Origin: the human T2T-CHM13v2.0 reference genome, Homo sapiens
Assembly: GCF_009914755.1 (NCBI RefSeq)
Contig: NC_060929.1
Reading direction: 5' to 3' (one strand)
DNA: 64,000 nt
In this document: piece by piece, positions 12,254 through 25,269 of the stretch
How the letters are laid out: the number at the start of each line of letters is the position of its first letter
How positions within the stretch are numbered: the stretch's first letter is position 1
Position numbers and translations under genes: made by a program
Notes under the pieces: model-generated
The model's database searches: none
What the model was told of the DNA's origin: nothing
The model's input: only the letters and a program-made list of their open reading frames with translations

Positions 12254-14746
12254 CTGTAGATTCTGCTCCTGAGCTGGGGACCTAGGTGGGCAGCTAGAAG
12301 CCTGACTTCCCTCTCAGGGGATTACTCCTGGCCCTGCAAAGACAGGCACCCCCTCCTACTCACCCCATCCCTCCCCAAACACCAGGTCAACCCTACAAAT
12401 CCAGTTCTCTAGAGAAAGCTCTTTCCTATGAGGGGCTCTGTCTTCCTGGGCACAAATCCTGAGGTTGCTTCCCAGATTAATGGGAGCCTGGGATAGGAGA
12501 GACATCCTTTGGACAACGTTCACTCTTTATGCCCATCCCTGCCCCCCACATGCACTGAAAGGGTAGGGAGGACTTCTACCCTTAATTAGGAAGAGGAAGA
12601 AAATCCAAGTTTACAAAATTCAGGCACATATTTCTTCAGGGTGTGAAATTATGTTTTCTTTTCCTCCCAAAGTTCTAAAAGAAAACCCAACTACCTGGTT
12701 TCTTTTTGATAAAACTACGAGGGATCTCCATTCTCTTGTCTGGATAAGTCCCTCGCTACAACCAAGCACCCCCTGCTTCAAACGTTGCCCTTGGCTGCTG
12801 CCTGGGCAGCTCTTATTTCTTTCCCAGTCCTCCCTCCCCCTCTGTCACTGGGCAGCAAGTCTCTCACGCAGTGTGGCAGAAGTGTCACTGGTTGCTCAGT
12901 GGACCCAGGCAGAAGGGGCTATGGATGTGGGGTTGGGGCAGAGAAAGCCCCCTGTCCAAAGAAGAGGTGCACAGTGGTCATCTAAAGTCTGTGGAAGAGG
13001 ATGCCTTATGCTCTGTGAGTCCTTGATGGGGAAGAAGGGACAAATATGCACATGTCCTGATTCATGAGGAAATGTGATTATTTTTAAAAAGTTTTAAGTG
13101 AGAGAACTGAAGCTGTCCTTTAAAGTGGCATTTTAAAACCTAAATTGGAAACTACATTAGCATTGCCATTTTATGCTGAGGCAATAGAAATTCAACATGC
13201 TCCTCTCAGGCTCCCAGGTCAGACATGAGGTTGTCTCCATCCTGAAGCCTTCCTTTGGGGAGGCATATGGGGTACTCTGTACCCCAGTTCTGCTGGGGAA
13301 GGGGCTTCTCCCACCCCCTCCCACTAGGAGGCTGCTTTTGAGCTGCCTGTGGATGGGAGAAGTAGACTGGATGGCTTGGAGTCATCTGGCCCCTTCTTGG
13401 AGAAAGCCTTTAAGATGACACTCCTCCCAGAAGTGGTGCTGGGCTTCACTAGTAAGTGGATGGTCTCAACATCTTAGCTGGAACCAAACAGGGAAAACAA
13501 GAAGATACTCGAGGTTGCTCAGGGCATTTTAAGATATGAAAAGCCGCCATCCAGCCTTGGCCCTCCCACCCTTGAATTCACCCATCCAGGCGAGAAAAGC
13601 AGCCTCACCCACAGCTCCCCAATGGGAGCTGAAGGGCTGGGGACAGCAGTCCTCCAGGGACTGGTCTTGATTTCTTTTCATGGGAATTCTCTCCCAACCC
13701 CTTCAGAATTACTTGGCATGCTTTTAAAAATTCAAGTTTTGCCCCCCAACCCCAAAGATTTGAACCTAGCATTTGGAGCTGCAAATGGGCATATACATTT
13801 GGGCATGCTATTGTCAAGTATTAACCAAGGCATCCCCCTGCATTTCCTGACTCCTGTGGTCCTTCCTTGCAGCCAGACAGCAGCCAGACTGCTCAATATT
13901 AATTGCTTCAGGGAAGGGAGGACATTGCAGAACTCGGCTAACAAAAGAGTCAAATTATTGGCTTTTGAGTTTCAAAATCTTGGCCCAGGTATAGGTTTGG
14001 AACAAGACATGATGAGTAAGGGCAGCATTGTGGCTCACACACATGGTACCTTTGGGCAAATTATAAAAAGGTGCCATTTCCCTGGGCATGTTAAACTTCC
14101 CTGTTGTGCAGTGCACACACTGCTCAACTTTATATGGCAATCCTGCATAAGAGCACATTTTCCCATCTCTGAAGTTAGAAAAGAATATCCCTGATCTTGG
14201 GGCAGGGTAGAGCAGGAGGTGAGGAGAAGAGAGTTCATGGGGACACAAGGAGACCTTAGATGTGAGTAGGTCTCTGAGAGGGGGTAGAGGAGTGTTCTGC
14301 CTTGAGAGAGATGACAGAAGACCAGATAGTTCGGGGGATTGGGGTGCAGAGGGAGATGGTAAATACCTTTCTTAAGGAGCCCTAAGGAGGCAGAAGCCCT
14401 AAGATCATTCCTGCAAGCTCACCTCATACATGCCTGCAAGTTCACCTCAGTGTACATGAAGTGATGAGGGGCCACAGCAAGCTGCCTCCAGCTCCAAAAT
14501 GATTTGGAGACAGAAGGGCTTCTGAGTCAGTGCTCTGAGAAGGGCATGAAAGAGGCAAGCAGGCGTTCTGAGGCTGTCTTTTTGATGGGAATGAGGTTCC
14601 ATGCAGCAGCGACCCACAGGACTGACGTTTAGGAAGCAGATAGACAACAGAGGTTTGGTGGACGTCAGTGAAGGCAGAGAGGGCTGTGGGTGGGATGATT
14701 GCCTGCTTTAAGCCTGCAGAATTTATCACAGGGTCAGTAAAGTGGG

Positions 14747-14778
14747 TGTGGGACTCAGAACTGTGGGACTCAGAACTG
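14747..14778. repeat. Perfect 15-bp tandem duplication
   Basis: TGTGGGACTCAGAAC at 14747-14761 and 14762-14776. Confidence 0.9.
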
Positions 14779-15965
14779 AGCTGAGATTTCTACCACCTCT
14801 GAGGAATGAGGGACAGGGGGCTCCTAACAGAGACTGACTAGTAATCTTTCATTTCTTACCCACTTGAGTTTGTGGATTAAGATTTATATAAATATGTAAA
14901 GAGAACCACAAGCAAATACCTCCTAGTAATTATCTCTAGGTGGCTGGATTAAGAGTGATTTTCATTTTCTTCTTTTCTGAATGCTGAGGTTTTTGGAAAT
15001 TTCTCCAGTGACCATGGTTTACTTTTGTAATGAGAATAATATTTTTAAAGAAACAGTATAAAACAAAACAGCAAAAGTAATTTACATTTTAATTTTTCTC
15101 CCCTGTCTCCTGGGCCCTCATTCCTTAAGTGCCTCATCCATCTTGCTCCCTTCAGTCCCCTCTGCAGAGGCCTGGGCACTGGATGAGAGGTGGGCTGGGG
15201 GCTGGAGGGGACCGAGGCAGTGTACTCAGTTGGGAGTCCTGGAGCCCTAGGCCTTTATTCACAATGACAGCGGCAATAACATCTCAAAGGACAATTTTCT
15301 ATCCTCCCTGTGCCCACTTGAGAGACAGGAGGAAGAGAACCCTCTCATCATTTTTGGCTTCCTGGTGATGGTCTCCTCCCCGCGGTGGGAGGGTCCGGCT
15401 GGGCTCTGCTGAGCCAGAGGGAGAGTGGGCTGGGCTTGCTCGCCATCGGAGCTCCTCAAACAATGCCCTTTCCCATAATCGGCTTCTCTGGTTCCTTAGA
15501 GCCCTGGTTCAGAACCTCACTCTGAATCACAATGAAGGGAAAGGCCGGCCCGCGAGGGCCCCAGTAGGACCATTTGGAAAGAAAGGAAAAGGATAACAAA
15601 CCAGCCGGGCCTCTTTAAGGGATCCCCACCTGGGAGGGGACAGGGATGAAAATAGAAACGAGCAGGCAGGAGGGGGAGGTTTAGTGGGCTGGTGGGAGAA
15701 GCCTGCTGATTATTAAAGAGTGAATTACCTGGGTCTAATTACGAATGCATAAGCAGCACATTTCCTCCTGATACAAATCGGAAGTGGCTCAGCTTCAGTC
15801 ACAGAGAAATAAAAGATAAATCTCAAATGTGAGGGACCCCCCACTCAACACACACACAGACAGTGCCCTGTGTCTTTTCCTCCCTCTGCCCTTACCGCAG
15901 GTTGGTTTGGTTGGGGAGAGGAGTGGACCCCCCACCCCCACCTCCTCTTTCATTCTCTCTGGCTC

Positions 15966-16056
15966 TGTTTATTATCTACATTAATAAATATTAATATATA
16001 ATATCTATATTAATATTAATACTATTAATATTATCTGTATTAATAAATTAATAAAC
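15966..16056. repeat. AT-rich low-complexity tract with inverted repeat
   Basis: AATATTAATATA (15987-15998) and TATATTAATATT (16006-16017) are reverse complements. Confidence 0.85.
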
Positions 16057-16070
16057 GGTCTTTCTCTCTC

Positions 16071-16073
<3 letters not shown>

Positions 16074-16103
<30 letters not shown>
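16074..16103. repeat. (AC)15 microsatellite
   Basis: Read directly from the sequence. Confidence 0.95.
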
Positions 16104-16105
<2 letters not shown>

Positions 16106-16595
16106 CCTACTTGCTCAGCCTGGCTGGGGCTTTTCTTCCTGCCACCTTTGTCCACAGAACCTGCTGGCATGAAGTGGGATGAGGCCCTGTCCGCCCCACT
16201 CTGGGGCTCTAATGGCAGCGCACCCTGGAAGCCTGCTGTCCTAGGCAGGTTTTCCCCCTCAGCGCTCTGCTGTCTGACATCAGGTGAGTTCTCAGTTCTG
16301 GGGACAGAGTGGGAGCGGACCTTGCCCATGTCCCAGTTCAAGAATGACATTTCCTTACCTCCAAGAAACAGGAGACAAAATCAAGACTGGGCAATCCCTG
16401 GAGTTGGGGTTATTACCCCAAACCCTTGTTAGCATTGGCTGTCCCTTTACTATTAGTTTTTAACGTAATAACAATGCTGTTGAGTCACGGAGATGCAGCA
16501 CGGGAAAGGGTGGAATTGAGCTATTCACCCCTGTTTTTTCCTTGGTGCCTTCAATGCTTTATCCTTTATCTTTCTGCATGCCCAAATCGTATTCA

Positions 16596-16763
16596 TTTAT
16601 TTTTAGAGATGTGATCTCGCCCTGTCACCCAAGCTGGAGGACAGAGGCGAGATCATAGCTTACTGCAGCCTCGAACTCAAGTGATCCTCCTGGACTCAAA
16701 TGATCCTCCCGCCTCAGCCTTCCAAAGTACCAGGACTACAGGCATGAGCCACCGTACCTGGCC
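16596..16763 (-). mobile_element. Monomer-length Alu (FRAM/AluJ-like)
   Basis: ttttagagatgtgatctcgccctgtcacccaagctgg ... catgagccaccgtacctggcc, flanked by ccaaatc on both sides. Confidence 0.85.
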
Positions 16764-17924
16764 CCAAATCTTACATATCCTTCTAAAACTGGATCAGTCC
16801 CACCTTAGGGAAGATCAGAAAACTAGCTAGAGCACTGGCCCAGGCCTGGGGGCCAGTCCCATCTCTAGTGCCCACCAGTCAGGTGATCTGATAACCATGC
16901 CACCTGGAAAGGGGAACTCTGTGGCAAGTGTTCAAATATAGTTGGTCATCAGAGTTGCCTGGGGGCCTCTTAAAATAGAGACTCCTAGGCCCAACACTCA
17001 ACCGTTGAATCTACATTATCAATCTGTGTCAAGGGATTCTGAGGGAGGAGGTCCCAGGACTGTGTTGAGAAATACCCCACAGGGAACGTCCCTCCTACCC
17101 AGGCTGCCTGCTGTGGACAGTGCCTCTACACTTGCTGCCTAGCCTAAGTGCATTCCTCCCACTCAGTTCTGTTCATTGCCACTCATTCTATGCTCAGTCC
17201 AGTTTATGGGCCCAGGACCCCAGGAATTGAACTTCCAGTTCATGCTCTACTTAAGCTCTTTCTAGGAAAAGGGGATCTTGAATCCTGGCCTACCCACATC
17301 ACTGGGCTGATGTTTTAAATAAGTGAAATAAGGGATGTGGAAGTGCTCATCATATAGCTGTAAGATTAGAAATCGAAAGGGATGTTATTGTCCATCAGGC
17401 AACGATTCACCAACTGCCTTGTGACATCGCCTCTGTATTGCCCACCACTCTTGTTAAAATCTCACAAATCTGCTTACCTGTTCCCAGGCTTGTCCCTTTT
17501 CTCTTCAGTGAAACTGCAAACTCCTGAGTTGGAGTCCACTGGATCCTTCCAGCTCATCGCACATTACGATACATGAGCTGAGGTGATGACTGAGTCGACT
17601 GGCTGTATTTAGCTTGTACAACAAAACGTGCGTCCTTCTGTAGGATGGCCAGAACTACTTTTGGGGGGTGGGGGCGGTTCCATCGGTGTCCAGACACTGG
17701 GTTTCTTTTTAAGTGGAGCAAAGCCAACCTGGGGAGGTTGGAAACCCTGACTGTGGCTTCTTAAACAACTGCTGATTTGCATTCATAGGCTTCTGTTGTT
17801 TGAGGCACCAGGCCTTATGATTCAGAAGTAAATCATTCTTTTGGGATGAATGGGTGGGATTGATTACTCTCCTGCAGATAAGCTAAAAATGGTGTGAAAA
17901 GTTCCTGGATCCTTCCTCAGCCCC

Positions 17925-18377
17925 TTTATTTTAGTTATTACTGGGTAACATACCACCTCGAAACTTCGTGGCCTAAAGCAACAACACTTTATTATTTCTC
18001 GTGATTTTGTGGCTAACAAAGCTCAGCTGGGAGGTTCTTCTGCTCCACATAGCTGAATCACTTATGCAGCTGCACTTAGCTGGGAGCTTGTCTAGGCTGG
18101 AAATACAAGAGGCCTCTCAACCTCCAGGGTTTCTCTCTACACAGCCTCTCAACATTCAGCATCCTAGCTGAGATTCTTTACAAGGGCTGGCTTGTTGTAA
18201 GACAAGCCACCCTGGGCATGGGCTTATCAAACCACTGCTTGTGCTATACTTGCTAATGCTCCATTGGCTAAAACAAGTCCCATGACCAAGCCTAGCATCA
18301 ATGGGGGAGGGGAACACACAAGGGCCTGAGTACTGGGAAGCATGTTTCACTGGGGCCATGGGGTATAGTTCACCACA
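17925..18377 (-). mobile_element. Old MaLR LTR (MLT1H/I/J-like)
   Basis: gtaacataccacctcgaaacttcgtggcctaaagcaacaac ... ccattggctaaaacaagtcccatgaccaagcc. Confidence 0.7.
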
Positions 18378-21300
18378 ACCATATTTTCCTTTCTTTCTTG
18401 GGAAGTCACCCAAACAATTTACAGGACAGAACAGCAGCCTTACCAGGCATTTGTGTCTATTTGGGAAATGGAACATCTACCCAGTACTATGTATCTCCAC
18501 TGGGAACCAGTGCTACTGGCCCTGCCATTTCCTGTGTTTGGCGGCCTGTGCTGTGACTTGGGGGAGGTCACACAGACCCAGACTCCTCTGCTCTGTGTCA
18601 GTGGTGGTCTATGTCCCTGGGTGACCTCAGCTCGGGAAGAGGAGACCCCGAGGCCTGGCAGGAGGGCAGTTTCTCTGATTTTCCCTTGGGAGTAGAGTAG
18701 CTTCCTGCAGATGCTGCCTCTTGCATATGGGTTTCTGATGGTGGCCTCTGTGAGGCCTGTGGGAGGCCCTGCACATCCCTGATGATGAAGACACCGACAT
18801 CTCCTTCACATCTCTTTGGGTTGCCTCTAAGTCTTTGCCACAAAGTGGACCCATGTGGGAGCAAGTATGGGGCCCTCTACCTCACTCCTCTTCTTTCCTT
18901 GTGTCTGTGTGCCTAGGCACTTCTGCCCAGGTTCCATTCTCACCTCCAAATCCCCCTCCTTGTCTTTGCCTATGTGGTGGAGCACAAAGGATGACCAGAA
19001 ACACCCCGTGGGTGGTCTTAGGGCACATTTTTAGTCTCTTTAGAGTTACCCGGGTGTCTGAGCCGTGACCTCGTGGGTGGGTGCACACGGGCTGTGTGGG
19101 AAGTGACAGTTCCCTTGATTTCCTCATATATCTGTGTTCTTGTCTCACACCCTTAGATCCCTGTTTCAGAAAGTATCCCTTATGTTTCACCTTGGGTTGA
19201 GTCTTTCATGTCATATGTATGCAGGGGGAGTACAGACTGGAAGGTCTTCAAGAATCAGGAAAATGCTGTTTTTACCCTTTGGGAGAAAGATTGAAAATCT
19301 GTCCAGAGTGACTAGAATACTGATCCATACCATCCTCTTCCTGCAGCCTCAGCACAATGAAAACAGCTCACCTCTGAGCTGGGGCTTGGGGACATTAGGC
19401 TCAGAAGTCCCAGGACACAGCAAAAACATCTGTGTTCTTTGAAGGAAAAATATCATGAGAAGACACCCTAATGGCTTTTGCTGAAGCACAGAATACACAT
19501 TCTGTTCACGCTGGTGGTGACAGACAGTGATCATGCTGCAAGCATCTTTATGTAATGATGAGTCTACAAGGCAGCCTCGGCTCTCAGATCGAATCTTCAC
19601 CTTCACCAGGGCTTAACTGGCTCTGGGGGCAGCTAATAGATTTCTGCAGGTTAGGAAGGCACCAATGGCTCTATTTTGCTGGAGTGCCCATTCTGCGATT
19701 GATTGGAGTTGAGCGTGATACTCTGGGGCTGTGTTCCGTTCTATCACTGAGATGATCCAAAGTCACTTCCTCTCTCTCAGTGACTGACCCTGCTCAGGTC
19801 TGGGGCAGTCGCTGCTCCCTGCCGGCATCAGTGGTCCAGAAATCCTGAGTCAGTTGTACGGCCACTGGGGCTCATGCTGCTCTCAATGATCTATGCTCAT
19901 GGGAAGCAGTGGAAGTCCCCAAGACCAATATCAAGTCCTATTTACATAACTTGAATAGTCCACTTCACCATACTCTACCTACAGAATAAGGCTCTATATT
20001 TCCTATGTATAGCAGCATCCTCACCAGCCAGAAGCTGGACCTGCCCACAGTGTCTACTGGTTATTTCTGGAGTCTCCGAGGGGTGACCCCACAAACAAGG
20101 TTGGTAATGGTGGTCACCATGCTGGCTGCCTTGTCGCCCTCTCTGCTTTGCTCCCCCTTCACCTTTCTGCTTCCTGCTGCCTCCATAGATGTTGAGAGAT
20201 GTCTCACTGGGATCGCTGTCCCTACAGAAATGCCCAACGTGCCAATTCAAGGTCTTCCCAAAGCTGGTGGCTGGGCAGAGCAGAAAGACTTCTCCCTGGT
20301 CCTGAGGTGTATGCATGCCCAGGGTCGCGAAGCAGGCCTGCTCTGCCCCACGGCCTCGAAGCTTCTCTCCCAAACAGTTTAACCAGCTTCTGGCCCTCAC
20401 TCATTAAACAGAACCACACCACATCTCAAGAAAAACAGTCCTGGCAGTTTCTGGCCCTCGCTCCTTCAACCACAGAAGCTCAAAACCAGCCCCATGGTTG
20501 GGAAGGGTGGAGAAGTCACTGCACCATTTCTGTGTTCATCAAGACTCTGAGGATGTAAATGACAGAAACCCAAAGCAAATTTGCTTAAACAAAAATGGGA
20601 TCCATTTGGCGGGGAAACTACGAAGGCTTCTGGAGCAGCCCTAAGGAAGAGTTGCAGGAAGCAGGGCCTCGGGGTGGGCCCCACCTAAGGTCAACGGCAC
20701 CCCTTCTGCTTCCCTTTCCCTCCTTTTCTCTTCTATCCCCCTTCCCCATCTCCTCTTCTCCCTTGTCTCTATTTCTCATCTCTTTTTGACTTCATTTGCA
20801 GACAGTCCCTCTCCATGTGGCAGAGGGGTGTCCCAAATTCACATTCTCCTTTTCATCAACCCTGCCAAAGAAGGACTTTTCTTTCCCAGTGGCTACTTAT
20901 ATATAAAACCAAGGAAAGACTAAGATCAGCTCTGTTTGGGTCTGCTGTTGATTTTAGAGGAGGTGGGCACTCTGGGTGGCTGTCCTGGGGTTAGGTGCTA
21001 GACGGTGTCTGGGGTACAGTGAGATCTGTTACCAGCCAAAGAGGGGGTCACAGCCAGCACCAAGCCTACATGCTCCATAGCCCACCCTTCCTCTCTGGCT
21101 TCTGTGCCGGCCATCTCTCTGCCTTATCCCTGTATATTCACCATCACTGGGGTGGTGGGGGTGGAAGTGGCAAAGTTAAAAATGTTGTCTGTCCTACCAG
21201 TGTCTGGACCTGCCCTCAGACACCTAAAAGTGTCTTGTTAAATTTTTCTTTAGCATATTTAATTGCCTTCTTTTTTCTTCTCTTTCCCCAGCATGCTGCC

Positions 21301-24300
21301 TGTCTGCTGGGTTGGGTGGGGGCTGCTGACCTTAGGGGTGTGGGGTCAGTGCCTGGCAGCAGCCTCCGCACGTCAGCCTCCACGGGACACTCAGGCCTCT
21401 TTGGTCAGTGGCACAGCTATGCCACATCCATGTCAAGGCGTAGCGGGCTGTGTTTTGCCCAGTTATTTCTGACTCAGATACTCAGAGGACATGAAATCAG
21501 GACTTTTAAAACTTATTGTAAGGAGAGGACACTTTGCCTCTGCCTCAGCCCTGGAGAGCCTCTTCCTTCCTCTTTCTCCCTCCTAGTGCAGGGGAGAGGC
21601 TGACAGGAGGCAACTGGGCTGGTCCCTGCTCATTCTAGAGGAGGCCAGGCAGTGCAGAAGGCAGACCCAGCCAGGCCCCGGGTTCTATCGGCATGGGAGC
21701 ACACCCTTTCCTCTGGGGTCTGACTCTCTCTGTCCAGCACCTTGACCTCTCTGCTCTCACCACTTTGCCCATTCCTCTGCTGCTCCAATCTGGGTAGGGG
21801 AGAACCCATGCTCCTCAGCCATCCTTTCTTCCAAACTTCGACTCTCCCCTCATCTGACCTCTCCCTTTTTTAAAGCCTCAGGTCTGGGAAATGAGCACAC
21901 CTTTATTTTTTCCTGCTTTCTGTGTCATTCCTTCGCTGAAGCAAAAGGCATGGGTTGTCCTAGCTGCTTGACGGCACTGGGGAAACAATGGTGAAATACT
22001 GGGCCACAGTGAGTGTCTGGACCTGCCATTCCGCAATGCCATCCAGCCCATGTGGGCCCCGCTCCCAGGACCGGGATGAGGTAGCGTTACCCAAGCTCCT
22101 GCTGGCTGTGCCTGGGAGACCACGGCCGGAAGTGGCTTCACTCCTGTGTTAATCATCATTAAGTTGATTGGCATCTATGTGTCTTTCCTGGAGCTCCTTC
22201 CCTCTAGTACTCTCACCCTTCATGGGATGCAGAGAAGAGCTGGGATAAGCATAGCGTGGAGGCGTGCCTGCCTGCCTCCGCAAATGAAGCTTCTCTGGCC
22301 TGCCGGCCTCTGGGGCTCTCAGACTCTGCACTTTACAGACGCAGTCATGGGCACTTTGAGAAGTGATGGGATCAAGGCCGCTTATTTGTAACCAGATGCT
22401 GCATGCTCCTGAGCAGTGCAGGGTGTCTCAGCCTCCCCATGAAGGTGTCTGGTCAGAGCTTTCCTGCCCTGGGGAATCTCCCCCTGCCTGGCTTGTGTGG
22501 GCCAATGTTCTGTCTTTGGGCCTTGCTGGGAGGGAAGGAGACAGGCTTTGATGGGCAGAGGCGGTCACTGCACTTTCTCAAGTGTGTGAGCATGGTCCTT
22601 TAGGAACAGCTCGGAGGACTAATTGGGGACTTCTGCATGAGAAGTGTCACTATGATTTGTCGAGTCCTATTAGTAGCCATTGTAAGGTGACAAGTCACTG
22701 GAGAACTCACTGCTTAACCACTGGTTACCCAGGAAGCCTGGACAGGGGCTGCAACTCCCGCATCAGTGTGCCATGTTATGGCAAGGAGCTGGGCCCCCTT
22801 CCAGGCTATAACTAGAAGGGAAATGGCTTGAGCTATAGCAGAGGATGGCTTATGTTTCTGCAAACTCACCGAGTTTCTCAGGGCCCGAGATGATGCTGTC
22901 TGAAGGAACTTCAGAAAACTGGAGATCAGAAGGGCCCTGCAGTAATTCATGAGGAATTCAGCAAGAGTGGCTACTCTTTGGCCCTGTGCCAGTACTCAGT
23001 GGGGAATGGAACAGACCTGACCTCCTCATGGAGCTTCCCTGGAGCAGTGGAGACAGATGCTGAACGTATACATTAGAGTTGTAGACAGAATGATGGCAAG
23101 TGTGCAGAGCTGCAGGGGACAGATGGGTGCCTCTGGCGGCATGCACATCTTGAGGAGTGTTAGTGAACTTTCCAGGGAGGACTGGGTCCTTTTTTCTCCC
23201 CATCTGCCCTTGGGTCTCTCTCAGGTTCCATTCCTCACCCTGCTGTTTGGCTTCTTCAAGCGCTGCTTCCCCTGCCTGGCTAATTTAGCATGGGCCCAAG
23301 AGATGGGGCAAGTGAGGGAGACTGGTAGTGCCTGGAAGATGACTGAGCCCTTTTCCCTGCTTCAGGCTGCTGATCTCTGCCAGCCCTCAGTTCCAGGCCT
23401 CTCCAACAGCTCTCCACCAAAAAGGGGCTCTCTTCTGCCCTTCCCCATAGCCATCTGACAGCCATGAATTCATTCCTGGACTACCTTTACCTCCTAGACA
23501 TGGCATTAAAACCCTAATGGATGGTACTAGTTTTCTTTCCCAGTTTTTAATTACTCAGTGAGACTGGTTTTCCTTTATCTCTATAAGGAGTAGATCTGAG
23601 ACTTAGGTTTGATAGGAAAAGTGTGCCCCATGGTTTGAAAATGGGGTTGCTAACTGCCTTTGGCTGAAGGCAGATAGAGAAATTGAAGAATGCATCTCAG
23701 AAGTATTGATTAGCATTCTGATAAAGATAAATGAGGGATCTGAAAGGCAGTCTTCCAGAAGTGTTAGCAATTTGTCCCCTGGATGAATCAATTGCTCTTC
23801 CTACAAAGCACTTAAGCCTCCCTTTTCAGAGTCTGGGTTTAAAAAGGGAGCCACACTGGATGCATGTGGCTCTGTCCCTAGCACTTGGCAAGGGGCTTAG
23901 TACATAGCTGCTGAGTAAAGTCATTCCTCATTTGTGGACTTGCCGGGGGCGTGTAGATGAGTGCTTGCAAAAAGCTACAGGTGTTCTCTCCAGAACAATG
24001 CACCCATTGCAAAGACAAGCACACAGCCTGAAGGGCACCTTAGGACTTGCAGGCTCTTTGAAATCCATCCATGGTCCTCTATGGATCCTCCTCCTGGGCC
24101 AGAGTTTATGTCTGTCAAGTGCCCCTGCATATGCAGTATGCCCAGTACCTGTCAAATGCCTGTTTCTGTCTTGCTTGAATACTAGGTGGTGGTGCAGATT
24201 GGGTTGGGAAGGCCCAGGCATGGAGCCATGTCTCATCTTCTGCTGCCTATCTTGGCGGCCAGGAGCCCAACAAATGTTGACTTTTTCTTTTTTTCAGCAG

Positions 24301-24559
24301 TTGGGAAGATGTGGCAAAACAGGACTTATATTCCTTATGGCAACGATGGGCTGAGCTGAGTGTCTGCAGCCTGCTTTAGGCAGGGCACGGCTGTGCAGTC
24401 TGTCATCGTCCCTCGTCACTCCCATCAATGCTGGCACCAACCTCACTTCTATTTATCGCCTCATCTGATCGGCTGTTTCTTATAGCAGAGTTAAGTAAAA
24501 AAAATGTTTGCCCCTGAAGACAAAGACGTATGTCTTGAAACACAAGCTCCCTCTTTCTA

Positions 24560-24630
24560 CATATACATACATATATACATTTACACATACACACATGCAT
24601 ATATATATATATATATAATTATTATATATT
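24560..24630. repeat. (TA)n/(CATA)n microsatellite
   Basis: Read directly from the sequence. Confidence 0.9.
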
Positions 24631-24882
24631 TATCTTCCCCCCTCTAGAACGTCTGCAAGGCATGTGAATTTGTAACCATCACCCTCCTCACAGGGTTGCT
24701 GTGAGGATCCGGTGGACTGATGCATGCAAAGCCCCGAGCACAGTGCCTGGTACACGGCAAAAGCTGAATACTTCTGGCCAGCCCTAGGAATATTTCCTTG
24801 GGAGCAGAGGGCTCTTCTGGAAGCTTCTGGAAGATGAATGGCATCTTCGCACACCTGCTCCGAACAGGCATTGTTTGGGACT

Positions 24883-24901
24883 CAGCGCCCTCTGGTGGCT
24901 G
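24883..24901 (-). promoter_or_regulatory. Near-consensus CTCF motif
   Basis: Minus strand reads CAGCCACCAGAGGGCGCTG versus the consensus TGGCCACCAGGGGGCGCTA. Confidence 0.7.
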
Positions 24902-25269
24902 CTCTCCCCACTCACACTTAGCCTCTTCCTTGGTTGGGGGGACACTTTGAGGCCTCATTCCTGCCCCTCCCCTTCCTTTCACATGGAGGAAAGTTCTAGA
25001 ATGGGGTGGGAGAAAACTTTCCACTTGTTCTGCATTTCCTTTACCTCCTTCCTGACCTTAGGTCTGGGCACAGGAGGAGGGGCTTGGAGGTGGAGGCTGG
25101 AGCTTCTGGGGGTCCTGGCTGCATGACTCTAAGGAGGGTGGTGCCTTCGTCCCCACCCAACCCCCACCGCATCGGCCCATTCTCCTCCCGAAGCATCCCT
25201 GGGCCACAGGTTCCCAAGGCCACCTCCAGACTGGGCCCGCGAGTGGGGCGGCCCTGGTAGCGTATCCAC

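Noticed and set aside
13622-14194. 190-aa plus-strand ORF
   Set aside because: Runs through MER-like DNA transposon remnants and resembles no protein family I know.
20995-21603. 202-aa plus-strand ORF
   Set aside because: GTG start, no domain, no supporting splice or promoter structure; likely chance.
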